A DNA stretch of 10,683 bases from Coleofasciculus sp. B1-GNL1-01 (GCA_040220235.1 JAVJTO010000158.1); one strand, 5' to 3'; counted from the stretch's first letter, positions 1 to 7,890 are shown. Notes: generated from the letters alone by a model not told the origin. Numbers and translations are program-made.

Positions 1-21
1 AGTGCGAGCGTCTCGCTCGCT
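1..21. repeat. REP/SDR-like hairpin (GCGAGCG-TCT-CGCTCGC), cut by the window edge
   Basis: Perfect 7-bp stem at 4-10/14-20 with a 3-nt loop. It lies just downstream of the reconstructed original Uma2 stop (31-33). Confidence 0.6.
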
Positions 22-71
22 ATTGGTTTTTCACCGAAAACTCAGAGTAAAAACTTGTTGTGGAGAGAAAT

Positions 72-176
72 TACAGCAGTTTGCTCTGCTATGCGGTACA
101 TTGTCGATCCCCCTAAATCCCCCTTAAAAAGGGGGACTTTGATCTACTGTACTTTATTACAGCGCAAAGAGCTGTA
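72..176. mobile_element. MITE (101 bp, 74-174) with imperfect ~27-bp TIRs and a TA target-site duplication, inserted in the Uma2 gene 3' end
   Basis: Left end TA|CAGCAGTTTGCTCTGCTATGCGGTACA matches the reverse-complemented right end TA|CAGCTCTTTGCGCTGTAATAAAGTACA. TA occurs at 72-73 and 175-176. There is an internal TCCCCCTT-AA-AAGGGGGA hairpin. Excision restores a typical Uma2 C-terminus. Confidence 0.88.
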
Positions 177-766
177 AACCGGGGAAACGTAGGCGAAACA
201 ATGGGAGTGTTTTCTGTAAATGGCGTCATCAGATATTCTCCGTCAACCAAAGTATTCACAAAAAATGTGGGTTGTTTGGGAGTGCCAATAAACTTTATTG
301 GTCCCAATGCGGCATAATCGACAATCCAATATTCCTCAATACCCATCTCTTCATAATCTCGAAGTTTATTATAGTAATCGTCACGCCAGTTCGTTGAAAC
401 AACCTCGATGATTAATTTAACTGAATCTGGATTTTGAATAATCGATTCACTTTCCCATCGGGATTCTGCACCAAGAACATCTTGGTTTAAAACGATGATA
501 TCGGGTTCATAACCTGATTTTTCCCGTTTGGGTTTCACAATTGATTCTCTAGGAATCGTCCAAATGCCACCTTGTCCCATTTGCCGAATAATTATGAAAA
601 GTTGTTCGATCAGGGAACCTGTTAGAGTTGAATGTTGTCCCTTGGGTTTGGGCATTTCGATAATTACTCCGTCATGCAGTTCGTACCGAACGTCTGAATT
701 TTCGGGATACCAGTTGATAAATTCATCAAAGGTGTAGAGTTGAGGTTGAGTTTGGGCTTGAGTCAT
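113..766 (-). CDS. Uma2 family (DUF820) PD-(D/E)XK putative endonuclease; last ~20 aa are MITE-derived
   Basis: Motifs YTFDEF, RYELHDGVIIEMP, YEPDIIV, IIEVVS, K-x2-YEEMGIEEYWIVD and IVSPTFP are characteristic of cyanobacterial Uma2 proteins. Confidence 0.92.
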   Translation of the reverse strand: MTQAQTQPQLYTFDEFINWYPENSDVRYELHDGVIIEMPKPKGQHSTLTGSLIEQLFIIIRQMGQGGIWTIPRESIVKPKREKSGYEPDIIVLNQDVLGAESRWESESIIQNPDSVKLIIEVVSTNWRDDYYNKLRDYEEMGIEEYWIVDYAALGPIKFIGTPKQPTFFVNTLVDGEYLMTPFTENTPIVSPTFPRFTALCAVIKYSRSKSPFLRGI

Positions 767-822
767 CGTTGATATCAGGTGTTGGGTGTTCTACCAAAAT
801 GGCTATAAATTAATAATTTTCT

Positions 823-891
823 CCCTCATCCCCTAACCCCTTCTCCCTCCGTGGGGAGAAGGGGAACCGAATTCTATTGATCCCCTCTCCC
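823..891. repeat. CCCTC-x-CCCCTAACCCCTTCTCCC...GGGAGAAGGGG hairpin repeat, second hairpin truncated
   Basis: CCCCTTCTCCC-N6-GGGAGAAGGGG stem-loop followed by a half site CCCCTCTCCC. Same family as the copies at 3028, 7745 and 10392. Confidence 0.85.
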
Positions 892-986
892 TATCCATAA
901 GCCTTATTGTAGATAACGATAGAGTGCGATCGCAGAACTTGATACTCTCAGGTAAACAATAGATCACCTTATTCTATCTTTTCAGC

Positions 987-1027
987 CCCTCTGCTACCTG
1001 GAGCGCTTCCCTCTGCTACCTGGAGCG
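987..1027. repeat. Perfect 19-nt direct repeat, period 22
   Basis: CCCTCTGCTACCTGGAGCG at 987-1005 and 1009-1027. Confidence 0.85.
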
Positions 1028-1061
1028 TTAAATCAACTACCAAATTTTCCCATCAACTCCC

Positions 1062-2888
1062 TCAAGAATCATGAACACGATTCAAACGCAGCCGAAAATA
1101 TTGACAATACAAATCGCACCGAGGCGTCACTTCATTCCCTTGCAGATTCACCAATCCCATACTATGTAACTTAAATCCTTGCATCGGTTCCAATTGTATG
1201 GGATAATCCGCAGTCACTACCTTTTTTAAAGCAGTAGCCAACTCAGGATGTTGGGATAAATTCCACATAAGTCGCCGCAAATGATCGCCATACAATCCAG
1301 CATCTGTTGGCGCTGTTGCTAACAGTTGCGCTAACGTAATCTCTTGACGTGCGATCGCGTACAGCGCTAGTCTGATTAAATAAGGATGACCCCCAACCAT
1401 TGCCATTAATTGTTCTACCTGATTATATTCCCAGGCTAATCCGTGACGCTGGGCTAAATCTTGAACTTGTTCGGCTGCAAATTCCGGTAAATCAATCGGT
1501 AATCCTACATTAAATGGAGACTGATTAATATCCATGGGAATATAGGCTTCCGTTGAATGCACCACAACTAATCGCAATTTACGCCATATTTCCCGATTTT
1601 TCGCCTCTTCATGCCATGATCGCAACAAGCCAAAAAAATCAGCCGTGAGTTCAGAATAATGAAATACCCGATCCACTTCATCTAACCCTAACACCAACGG
1701 TGTGGCAATCGTTGCTAATAAATACCGCTCAAAATAGGACTTACAACTCACCTTACTGCCAAAGGTTTTACTCCAATACTTCTCCAAGCGATCCGGTAAT
1801 TCCAGTTCTAAAGTAATCACTGCACAAAACCACTGCAAGAAGCCATCTAAATCCGTAAAAACATTACTATCCGCTAATTGAAAACTTAACGGAACTGTGG
1901 CATAATTAAGCTGAGTTCCCTGATGTAAAATCCGTGCCATTAACGACGTTTTACCCATTTGTCGCGGCGCTTTAATTCGGATTAAGGAACCCGGTTTAGC
2001 CACGGCTTCATAACAACGTTGTTCAACACCTGGACGTTCCACATAAAACGCCGAAGCTAACTCAACTTGTCCTCGTGGTAATTCCGGTTCGGCGACAGGT
2101 TGAGGCGGATGATTGGGGGTGAGGGAATAGGGACTGGGAAACGTTGCGGATTTGGGATTGCCTTCTGGAGTAACGGTGGATTGATCACTACAAAGCCAAT
2201 CCTGAACTGAATTTAACACAACAGCCGTATCTTCAGGCGATCGCCATTCCTGCTGGGACACCCCTTTGAGATAACCGCGTAAGTCATGGTTGAGTAATGT
2301 CCAAGGGCAATTAATCCGAATCGCCAAAATATCCGGTTTCCCCTGCGGATGTTGATCTCGCCGCCGTTTTGCCCATTGCACCTCTTCGGTTACCATCTCA
2401 CTCGACGCCGCCAGAGGAGACAACAATAACACCACGCGATCGCAACGGTTTAATTCGGCGTAGATTTGCTGCAATCCCTGGGTTGCCATGCGGAGACTAC
2501 CATTGGCAATGAACACCTGACATCCTTGGGCAGTTAACGCCGTTTCTAATTGCGTCGCAAGGCTTTTATCCGGATCAGTGCCACAATGATAACTCAGAAT
2601 AATTTGAGGTTGATTTGTCGCCGTCAGATTATCCCCTGGGATTAAATGGGGTAAATTATGGGCAATGGCAGTAATTAACTTAGAACGGTGAGATGATCCT
2701 TTATCTTCGTCATTGTTTAGGGCAAATATCTGACAGATATTCTGGATATGTTTTCGCACCGTACCTTGAGAAATACAGAGTTCCGCCGCAATTTCCCCAT
2801 CATTCTTTCCGGCGACAAATTGCTGTAAAACTTCCTTTTGTCGCGGTGTGAGTTTGGTAAATGCGTTGCTGAACTCTTGCTGTTCCAT
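1062..2888 (-). CDS. LuxR-type HTH + TIR + AAA-like (AAA_35, STAND-like NTPase) protein
   Basis: HTH: LTPRQKEVL...GKNDGEIAAELCISQGTVRKHIQNI. TIR: IILSY...LATQLETAL...VF...CDRVVLLLS...SEMVTEEV. NTPase: FYVER, Walker A APRQMGKTS, Walker B LVLGLDEVD, SPFNVG, GGHPYL. AGGGG RBS-like sequence upstream. Confidence 0.88.
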   Translation of the reverse strand: MEQQEFSNAFTKLTPRQKEVLQQFVAGKNDGEIAAELCISQGTVRKHIQNICQIFALNNDEDKGSSHRSKLITAIAHNLPHLIPGDNLTATNQPQIILSYHCGTDPDKSLATQLETALTAQGCQVFIANGSLRMATQGLQQIYAELNRCDRVVLLLSPLAASSEMVTEEVQWAKRRRDQHPQGKPDILAIRINCPWTLLNHDLRGYLKGVSQQEWRSPEDTAVVLNSVQDWLCSDQSTVTPEGNPKSATFPSPYSLTPNHPPQPVAEPELPRGQVELASAFYVERPGVEQRCYEAVAKPGSLIRIKAPRQMGKTSLMARILHQGTQLNYATVPLSFQLADSNVFTDLDGFLQWFCAVITLELELPDRLEKYWSKTFGSKVSCKSYFERYLLATIATPLVLGLDEVDRVFHYSELTADFFGLLRSWHEEAKNREIWRKLRLVVVHSTEAYIPMDINQSPFNVGLPIDLPEFAAEQVQDLAQRHGLAWEYNQVEQLMAMVGGHPYLIRLALYAIARQEITLAQLLATAPTDAGLYGDHLRRLMWNLSQHPELATALKKVVTADYPIQLEPMQGFKLHSMGLVNLQGNEVTPRCDLYCQYFRLRLNRVHDS

Positions 2889-2910
2889 TCCCCTGAACTA
2901 ATCGGTTAAT

Positions 2911-2997
2911 TGTCGGGACAGGTTTAGCCAAAATTGTAGGGGCGGGTTTAGCCACTCAAACGACTTGTCACTACTCAATGAACAACAAAACCCGCCC
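2911..2997 (+). repeat. GTAG-type REP-like inverted repeat with a degenerate tandem left arm
   Basis: GTAGGGGCGGGTTT (2936) pairs with AAACCCGCCC (2988-2997). A decayed left-arm copy TGTCGGGACAGGTTTAGCCA sits at 2911-2930. Confidence 0.7.
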
Positions 2998-3027
2998 TCC
3001 CCACCGATAACTCTGGGAACCGCTTCA

Positions 3028-3056
3028 CCCTCATCCATCGAGGGAGAAGGGGAACC
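3028..3056. repeat. Internally deleted copy of the CCCTC...GGGAGAAGGGGAACC repeat
   Basis: CCCTCATCCATCGAGGGAGAAGGGGAACC keeps both ends but lacks the CCCTAACCCCTTCTC middle. Confidence 0.7.
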
Positions 3057-3104
3057 CGAACCATCATAAAAGACGCGCTATTACACGTCTGGAACCTTCT
3101 GGGA

Positions 3105-4592
3105 TTAACCTGGCAAATCTGTACTCCCCATCAAATAGCGATCGCACTCACGGGCAGCACCTCGTCCTTCGTTGAATGCCCAAACCACCAAACTCTGACC
3201 CCGACGACAGTCTCCGGCGGCAAAGACACCGGGAATGCTGGTGGCATACTTCCCATAATCGGCTTTTATATTACTCCGAGCATTGCGTTCTAAACCGAGG
3301 GCATCTAGTAGGGGTTGTTCGGGACCTAGGAAACCCATGGCTAAGAGGACAAGTTGGGCGGGAATCACTTTTTCCGTACCTGGAACCGGACTGGGAATAA
3401 ATCGACCTTGCTCATTTTTCTGCCACTCGATTGTCACTGTATGCACCGCTTTCACATGTCCTTTCTCATCCCCCTCAAACTTCGTCGCGGTGGTGAGATA
3501 GGAACGGGGATCAGCGCCAAACTTCGCCGCCGCTTCTTCCTGCCCGTAATCCATGCGATAAATCTTGGGCCACTCGGGCCAGGGGTTGTCGGGGGCGCGT
3601 TCTAGGGGCGGCTGGGGCATGATTTCCAGTTGCGCCAGAGTCTTACACCCGTGACGCAGGGAAGTACCAACGCAGTCGGTTCCCGTATCACCGCCGCCGA
3701 TAATCACCACATCTTTGCCTTCAGCGGAGATAAAGTTGCCGTTTTTGCTGTTATCTAAAAGTGCCTTGGTATTAGCCGTCAGGAAATCCATGGCGAAGTG
3801 GATACCCTTTAACTCCCGTCCTTCGATGGGTAAATCCCGTGGTTTGGTCGCGCCCGTGCAGAGTACCACCGCGTCAAATTCTTTGAGTAGATTCTCGGTG
3901 GGGAAGTCTTTGCCCACCTCAGTGTTGCAGATAAACTTAACCCCTTCTTGTTCAAGCTGGTCAAGGCGACGCTGGACGACTTGCTTTTTGTCCAATTTCA
4001 TGTTAGGGATACCATACATGAGTAAGCCGCCGGGACGATCTTCCCGTTCAAATACGGTGATCCAATGACCGGCTTTATTGAGTTGGGCAGCCGCACAGAG
4101 TCCAGCCGGTCCAGACCCCACAATCGCGACTTTTTTCCCGGTGCGCTTGGTTGGGGGTTCAGGTTCGACCCAGCCTTCCTCCCAGCCTTTGTCAATAATC
4201 GAACATTCGATATTTTTGATGGTCACGGGGGGGTTATGGATACCCAGGACACAAGACCCCTCACAGGGCGCTGGACAGACGCGACCGGTGAATTCGGGGA
4301 AGTTGTTGGTTTTGTGCAGGCGATCGAGTGCCTCGCGCCATCGACCCCGATAAATCAGGTCGTTCCACTCTGGAATCAGGTTGTTGATTGGGCAACCGCT
4401 TGCCATACCCTTGATCATGGTTCCGGTATGGCAAAATGGCGTGCCGCAGTCCATACACCGCGCCGCCTGAGTTTGGAGTTTTTCCTCTGGCATGGGCAGA
4501 TGGAACTCATCCCAGTTGCCAATGCGACTGTCGGGTTGCAGTTCCGAGGGCAATTCGCGGAGATATTCGATAAAGCCAGTTGGTTTTCCCAT
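3105..4592 (-). CDS. gltD: Glutamate synthase (NADH-GOGAT) small subunit
   Basis: MGKPTGF start; Fe-S motifs [10 protein letters not shown]...GCP and [15 protein letters not shown] motif GSGPAG; NAD motif [11 protein letters not shown]-terminal [21 protein letters not shown] upstream. Confidence 0.97.
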   Translation of the reverse strand: MGKPTGFIEYLRELPSELQPDSRIGNWDEFHLPMPEEKLQTQAARCMDCGTPFCHTGTMIKGMASGCPINNLIPEWNDLIYRGRWREALDRLHKTNNFPEFTGRVCPAPCEGSCVLGIHNPPVTIKNIECSIIDKGWEEGWVEPEPPTKRTGKKVAIVGSGPAGLCAAAQLNKAGHWITVFEREDRPGGLLMYGIPNMKLDKKQVVQRRLDQLEQEGVKFICNTEVGKDFPTENLLKEFDAVVLCTGATKPRDLPIEGRELKGIHFAMDFLTANTKALLDNSKNGNFISAEGKDVVIIGGGDTGTDCVGTSLRHGCKTLAQLEIMPQPPLERAPDNPWPEWPKIYRMDYGQEEAAAKFGADPRSYLTTATKFEGDEKGHVKAVHTVTIEWQKNEQGRFIPSPVPGTEKVIPAQLVLLAMGFLGPEQPLLDALGLERNARSNIKADYGKYATSIPGVFAAGDCRRGQSLVVWAFNEGRGAARECDRYLMGSTDLPG

Positions 4593-4750
4593 AGTGATGC
4601 CTCAAGTTTAGAGTAGGGTATAGTTAGTGCTAAGGTGTCATTCGGTAAATTGGCGATGGTGATGAAGTCCCTAGGCTATTTTGGCGGCAAATCCTCACCA
4701 ATCGGTCGTTGACGGTGATCGGTGACCAACTAAGCGGATGGAAGACTGTC

Positions 4751-4777
4751 TAGAGACGTTAAAAGCAACATCTGTAC
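4751..4777. repeat. Degenerate palindromic short dispersed repeat
   Basis: TAGAGACGTT-AAAAGC-AACATCTGTAC resembles, from recall, the cyanobacterial palindrome GTAGAGACGTT-N6-AACGTCTCTAC. Confidence 0.55.
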
Positions 4778-4806
4778 CAAGTCAAAAGTCAAAATCAGAG
4801 ATATTT

Positions 4807-4822
4807 TGTAGTCTGTGTTACA
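4807..4822. promoter_or_regulatory. Putative NtcA binding site
   Basis: TGTA-GTCTGTGT-TACA is the extended consensus TGTA-N8-TACA. It lies ~215 nt upstream of the gltD start in the divergent intergenic region. Confidence 0.6.
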
Positions 4823-5019
4823 GTTTGTCAATCATTTTGGCGTTTAAATGCGAGGTTGAGTTTAATAAAAGGTTAGATTTGCTGCGGTTCAGTGGCTAGG
4901 ATTCATTAAGGTTTAGGTTCTCATTGAAGACGGCTAGAGATAGGATACAAAATAATTGCTTCTAGGGTTTCATATTTTCACATTTTTTTATAAAGTAACC
5001 CCCGTTTCGTTGGTGTCGG

Positions 5020-5133
5020 AAGTTAGTCAGCCCTGCATTAAAATACTCGAAGAGAAGCCGCTCCGCGTCTACGGGCTAAGAGCTCGCGTCCCGTTTTAAC
5101 GGGTTAATAACTTTAATTGTGTCCACCTACTTA
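5020..5133. mobile_element. Degenerate MITE-like element with an internal SDR-like repeat
   Basis: Right end TTTAATTGTGTCCACCTACTTA is weakly inverted to left end AAGTTAGTCAGCCCTGCATTAAA. Internal TACTCGAAGAGAAGCCGCTCCGCGTCTAC (5044-5072; GTAG start on the minus strand) and a CCCGTT-TT-AACGGG palindrome. Confidence 0.45.
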
Positions 5134-5179
5134 TGACATAAGACGAATGACGAATGACATAAGACGAATGACTTATGCC
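5131..5179. repeat. STRR-like heptamer tandem repeat, 7 units
   Basis: TTATGAC ATAAGAC GAATGAC GAATGAC ATAAGAC GAATGAC TTATGCC. Confidence 0.85.
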
Positions 5180-5192
5180 ACAATCAAGGCAG
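5176..5192 (+). promoter_or_regulatory. Putative extended -10 (TGnCACAAT) of kinase 1
   Basis: TGCCACAATCAAGGCAG matches TGGCACAATCAAGACAG upstream of kinase 2 at 15/17 positions, at a similar distance from the ATG. Confidence 0.5.
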
Positions 5193-5210
5193 TATTTGAG
5201 ATAATCGGCA

Positions 5211-6203
5211 ATGGCTTGGTCGGCGGGACAGCAGTTGCAACGTGGCAAATATACGATTGAGAAAGCGTTAGGATCAGGAAGGTTTGGGATAACCTATTTA
5301 GCCCGCGATCGCACGTCCCAACGCTGTGTGATTAAAACCCTGAGTGATACGTTACTCAATCAGCTTACTCCAGCAGAACTTAATCGGCTTCAGGATAAGT
5401 TGTGGCAAGAGGCGGTGAAGTTAGCGCAGTGCAAACACCCCCATATTGTTCGGGTTAAGGATTCGTTTAAAGAAGGTCAGCAAGTTTGTATTGTCATGGA
5501 GTATATTCAGGGACAAGATTTAACCCATGCCAACCGACTGACCGAAAAAGAAGCCTTACGCTATATTCGCCAGATTGGGTCAGCGCTGATGGTGGTGCAT
5601 GAGAATAACTTGGTGCATCGAGATGTTAGACCTGCGAATATTATGATGCGTCAGGGGAAACGGGAGGCGGTGTTAATTGATTTTGGGTTAGCGGTGGGAT
5701 TTGATCACCCGTTGACGACGATTAATCCGACAACTGCTGATGGGTTTACACCCCTGGAGTTATATCATGTGGATGCCGAACGCGGCGCTTATACCGATGT
5801 GTATTCCTTAGCCGCCACATTGTATCAATTACTAACCGGAGAAAAACCGCCCAGTGTCCGCGATCGCAGTTTGGCAAGGGCTAAATTGAAGCCACCGCAA
5901 GAGGAGAATCCCAAAATGAGCGATCGCACGAATCAGGCGATTCTCCGAGGGATGGCGTTAGCCCCGGAAGAACGCCCCCAAACGATGCCGGAATGGTTGG
6001 ATTTATTGGGGGTTGTGCCTCAATTTCCCCAACCCTGGCGCAATTGGGATTTGACGATGTGGTTAACGATTATTGGCACAATTGCTGGGATTTTGAGTAT
6101 GATTGCTGGGTTTTTAGCGCTCAAGCCACCCTCAACACCACCGCCGGAAACTACACCTGAGATTACGCCAACCTCACAACCGATTCAGCCAGAAACACAA
6201 TAG
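5211..6203 (+). CDS. Hanks-type Ser/Thr protein kinase with a C-terminal TM helix and Pro/Thr-rich tail
   Basis: LGSGRFGITY, VIK, HPHIV, MEYI, HRDVRPANI, LIDFG, TDVYSLA, PEERP; hydrophobic LTMWLTIIGTIAGILSMIAGFLAL. Confidence 0.93.
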   Translation: MAWSAGQQLQRGKYTIEKALGSGRFGITYLARDRTSQRCVIKTLSDTLLNQLTPAELNRLQDKLWQEAVKLAQCKHPHIVRVKDSFKEGQQVCIVMEYIQGQDLTHANRLTEKEALRYIRQIGSALMVVHENNLVHRDVRPANIMMRQGKREAVLIDFGLAVGFDHPLTTINPTTADGFTPLELYHVDAERGAYTDVYSLAATLYQLLTGEKPPSVRDRSLARAKLKPPQEENPKMSDRTNQAILRGMALAPEERPQTMPEWLDLLGVVPQFPQPWRNWDLTMWLTIIGTIAGILSMIAGFLALKPPSTPPPETTPEITPTSQPIQPETQ

Positions 6204-6230
6204 TACAACTAATATCATGTCCGGTTGAAT

Positions 6231-6252
6231 ACCCATCATTACAGTGATGGGT
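6231..6252 (+). terminator. Hairpin downstream of kinase 1 (possible terminator, or part of a decayed MITE starting TATCATGTCCGG at 6213)
   Basis: ACCCATCAT-TACA-GTGATGGGT, 9-bp stem with one G-U pair; no strong U-tract. Confidence 0.3.
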
Positions 6253-6388
6253 TGAGAGGGAGATGGGGAGAAGTTTTTATTCGGGAAAATTGAACCAAGA
6301 TAGGACGGCTTCTTCCGGACTGACTATGCTAGACTAGCAGGCGGCAAATCCTAAAATCAACCACACTTAGGACGCACGAATTCTATAT

Positions 6389-6418
6389 GTAGGGTGTGTT
6401 AGCGTAGCGTAACGCACC
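6389..6418 (+). repeat. GTAG-type REP/SDR-like hairpin
   Basis: GTAG-GGTGTGTTA-GCGTAGCG-TAACGCACC: a GTAG tetranucleotide followed by a 9-bp stem with one G-T pair. Confidence 0.75.
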
Positions 6419-6490
6419 ATTACCACTGTAGCGTCTCAGTTATTCAGAATTAATCCAAATAATTCCCCCTAATGGGACAGGCTACTTATT

Positions 6491-6814
6491 ATGCAAATTC
6501 GAGACTACTTCAATTTTCTTGCTCCTGATGATATCCGCATTCAGGACAGTCGCATCGGGATTGAAAGCGTTCTTTACGAGTATATTTACAGAGCTAAAAC
6601 CCCTGAATAAATCGCCAAACAATTTGAAAGTATTACCCTAGAACAGGTTTACGCGACGATTCTTTACTATCTACACAACACCGAAGAAGTGAGGGCTTAC
6701 TTGGCAGATTGGTTAGCGTTTTGCCGTCAACAGCGAGACGAGCAAAAACAGAATCCTTCTCCAGCACGACAGAGATTTCGCCAATTAAAAGCAGAGGCAA
6801 TAGAAGATTATTGA
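6491..6814 (+). pseudogene. DUF433-family (putative antitoxin) gene with an in-frame stop at codon 40
   Basis: Manual translation, not in the ORF track: MQIRDYFNFLAPDDIRIQDSRIGIESVLYEYIYRAKTPE*IAKQFESITLEQVYATILYYLHNTEEVRAYLADWLAFCRQQRDEQKQNPSPARQRFRQLKAEAIEDY. TAA is at 6608-6610, where TPEEIA is expected. Confidence 0.87.
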
Positions 6815-6817
6815 ATT

Positions 6818-7165
6818 TCAAGCGATCGAAAAATTGGTAAGATGGCGGTGTTGAGGGCGAATAAAACCTAAGATAATATCTTCTTTAGGAATGCCTAACT
6901 CTATTAATTCCAGGGCAATTCCTTTCTCTGTGCCATCGATTTCAATCCAAATTTTTTCTTCAATAATTCTGAGATGAAACACCACAGCATGAACTCGTCC
7001 CGTTCGATCCCATCCCGTATCCAGTAATAAATAATTATCGGTTATTGCATCACTGACAATTAAGGCTTCTATTTCTCCGTAGCTGGGTTTATATTGACCA
7101 TGTTTTTGAATAATTTGGGCAATTATTTTTCGGTAATGGTCTAATTTATGTTCTAGTTGAGCCAT
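6818..7165 (-). CDS. xisI: XisI family protein
   Basis: KLDHYRKII, D-x3-DNYLLLDTGWD, RVHAVVFHLRI, KIWIEIDGTEKGIALELIELGIPKEDIILGF. Confidence 0.93.
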   Translation of the reverse strand: MAQLEHKLDHYRKIIAQIIQKHGQYKPSYGEIEALIVSDAITDNYLLLDTGWDRTGRVHAVVFHLRIIEEKIWIEIDGTEKGIALELIELGIPKEDIILGFIRPQHRHLTNFSIA

Positions 7166-7569
7166 TGGCGAATCACCTCCTGATCTGGATTAAAAACAAT
7201 TAAGTGAATCTTTTGATCGCTGATAATATCTTGAATCGCTGGTTTTTGGAAAAAATCGTTGTACACTTCCTCTGAAATCGCTAAAAAGAGTTTTCGATCA
7301 GGGCTAACACGCTTTAATATACTGTGATACATATTATACTGACCAATTGCTTTTTGCAGTTCCGTAACTTGTGAAGGACTATTAAAGACTTTAATCTCAA
7401 CAGCGATTTTTTGTTCTTCTTTCTCTGCTGCTAATAATTTTTCTGCTCCCAAGTCTGCATATAAGCGCAGCCCTTTATAGTCTAATGTGTAAGGATCATC
7501 GGTAATTGTCCAGCCATCTTTACTCAAAGCGTTTTTAACTTCATTATGATACAGGTCGTATTGAGGCAT
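7153..7569 (-). CDS. xisH: XisH family protein (PD-(D/E)XK fold)
   Basis: DLYHNEVKNALSKDGWTITDDP, DLGAEKLLAAE, KIAVEIKVF, AIGQY, C-terminal EVIRQWLN; 13-nt overlap with xisI. Confidence 0.95.
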   Translation of the reverse strand: MPQYDLYHNEVKNALSKDGWTITDDPYTLDYKGLRLYADLGAEKLLAAEKEEQKIAVEIKVFNSPSQVTELQKAIGQYNMYHSILKRVSPDRKLFLAISEEVYNDFFQKPAIQDIISDQKIHLIVFNPDQEVIRQWLN

Positions 7570-7744
7570 TGTTTCAATTGATTAAATTTAATATTCTATA
7601 GTGATCAGTTTTAATGATGCTCTCTGGTAGATAATTTATTTAAATTTAACTTTATCCAATACGTTGTCATTATATTATATGCAAAATTTTGACGATTTTG
7701 CTGTCAGCTAATTATATCATCACAGTATATCTAGATGGTAGCAT

Positions 7745-7890
7745 TTTTCACCCTCTTCCCCTAACCCCTTCTCCCATCAAGGGAGAAGGGGAACCGGAAG
7801 TATTAATAATAGAAAATGTAGCTAGCCATGTCTTATCTTACTCCCCTCTCCCCGGCGTGGGAGAGGGGTTGGGGGTGAGGGGGCGATAGC
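7745..7890. repeat. Complete double-hairpin (REPIN-like) element: two inverted CCCCT(T)CTCCC hairpins around an AT-rich spacer
   Basis: Left CCCTCTTCCCCTAACCCCTTCTCCC-ATCAA-GGGAGAAGGGG; right CCCCTCTCCC-CGGCGT-GGGAGAGGGGTTGGGGGTGAGGG; ends in GCGATAGC. 7745-7807 is identical to 10392-10454. Confidence 0.9.

Larger units (their letters stand above)
926..5927. repeat. Eight HIP1 octamers (GCGATCGC) dispersed over this span
   Basis: Sites found by eye at 926, 1351, 2237, 2436, 3138, 5305, 5860 and 5920. Confidence 0.9.

Noticed and set aside
528..737. 69-aa plus-strand ORF
   Set aside because: Antisense to Uma2; its CxxC appears incidental.
3176..4616. Alternative ORFs overlapping gltD, including the 183-aa plus-strand ORF 4065..4616
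   Set aside because: Antisense or off-frame shadows of a conserved GC-rich gene, with no recognisable motifs.
4593..5210. Glutamine (glnA-motif) riboswitch or sRNA upstream of gltD
   Set aside because: I could not identify the conserved motif by eye; an Infernal/Rfam scan would be needed.
6633..6821. 62-aa minus-strand ORF after xisI
   Set aside because: Antisense to the DUF433 pseudogene, which explains the sequence.
6818..7569. Heterocyst-type fdxN excision element
   Set aside because: No recombinase and no interrupted nif/fdxN gene in the window.
7689..7889. 66-aa plus-strand ORF
   Set aside because: Translation of the double-hairpin repeat (PLPLTPSP...GEGLGVRG), a typical repeat-derived false ORF.
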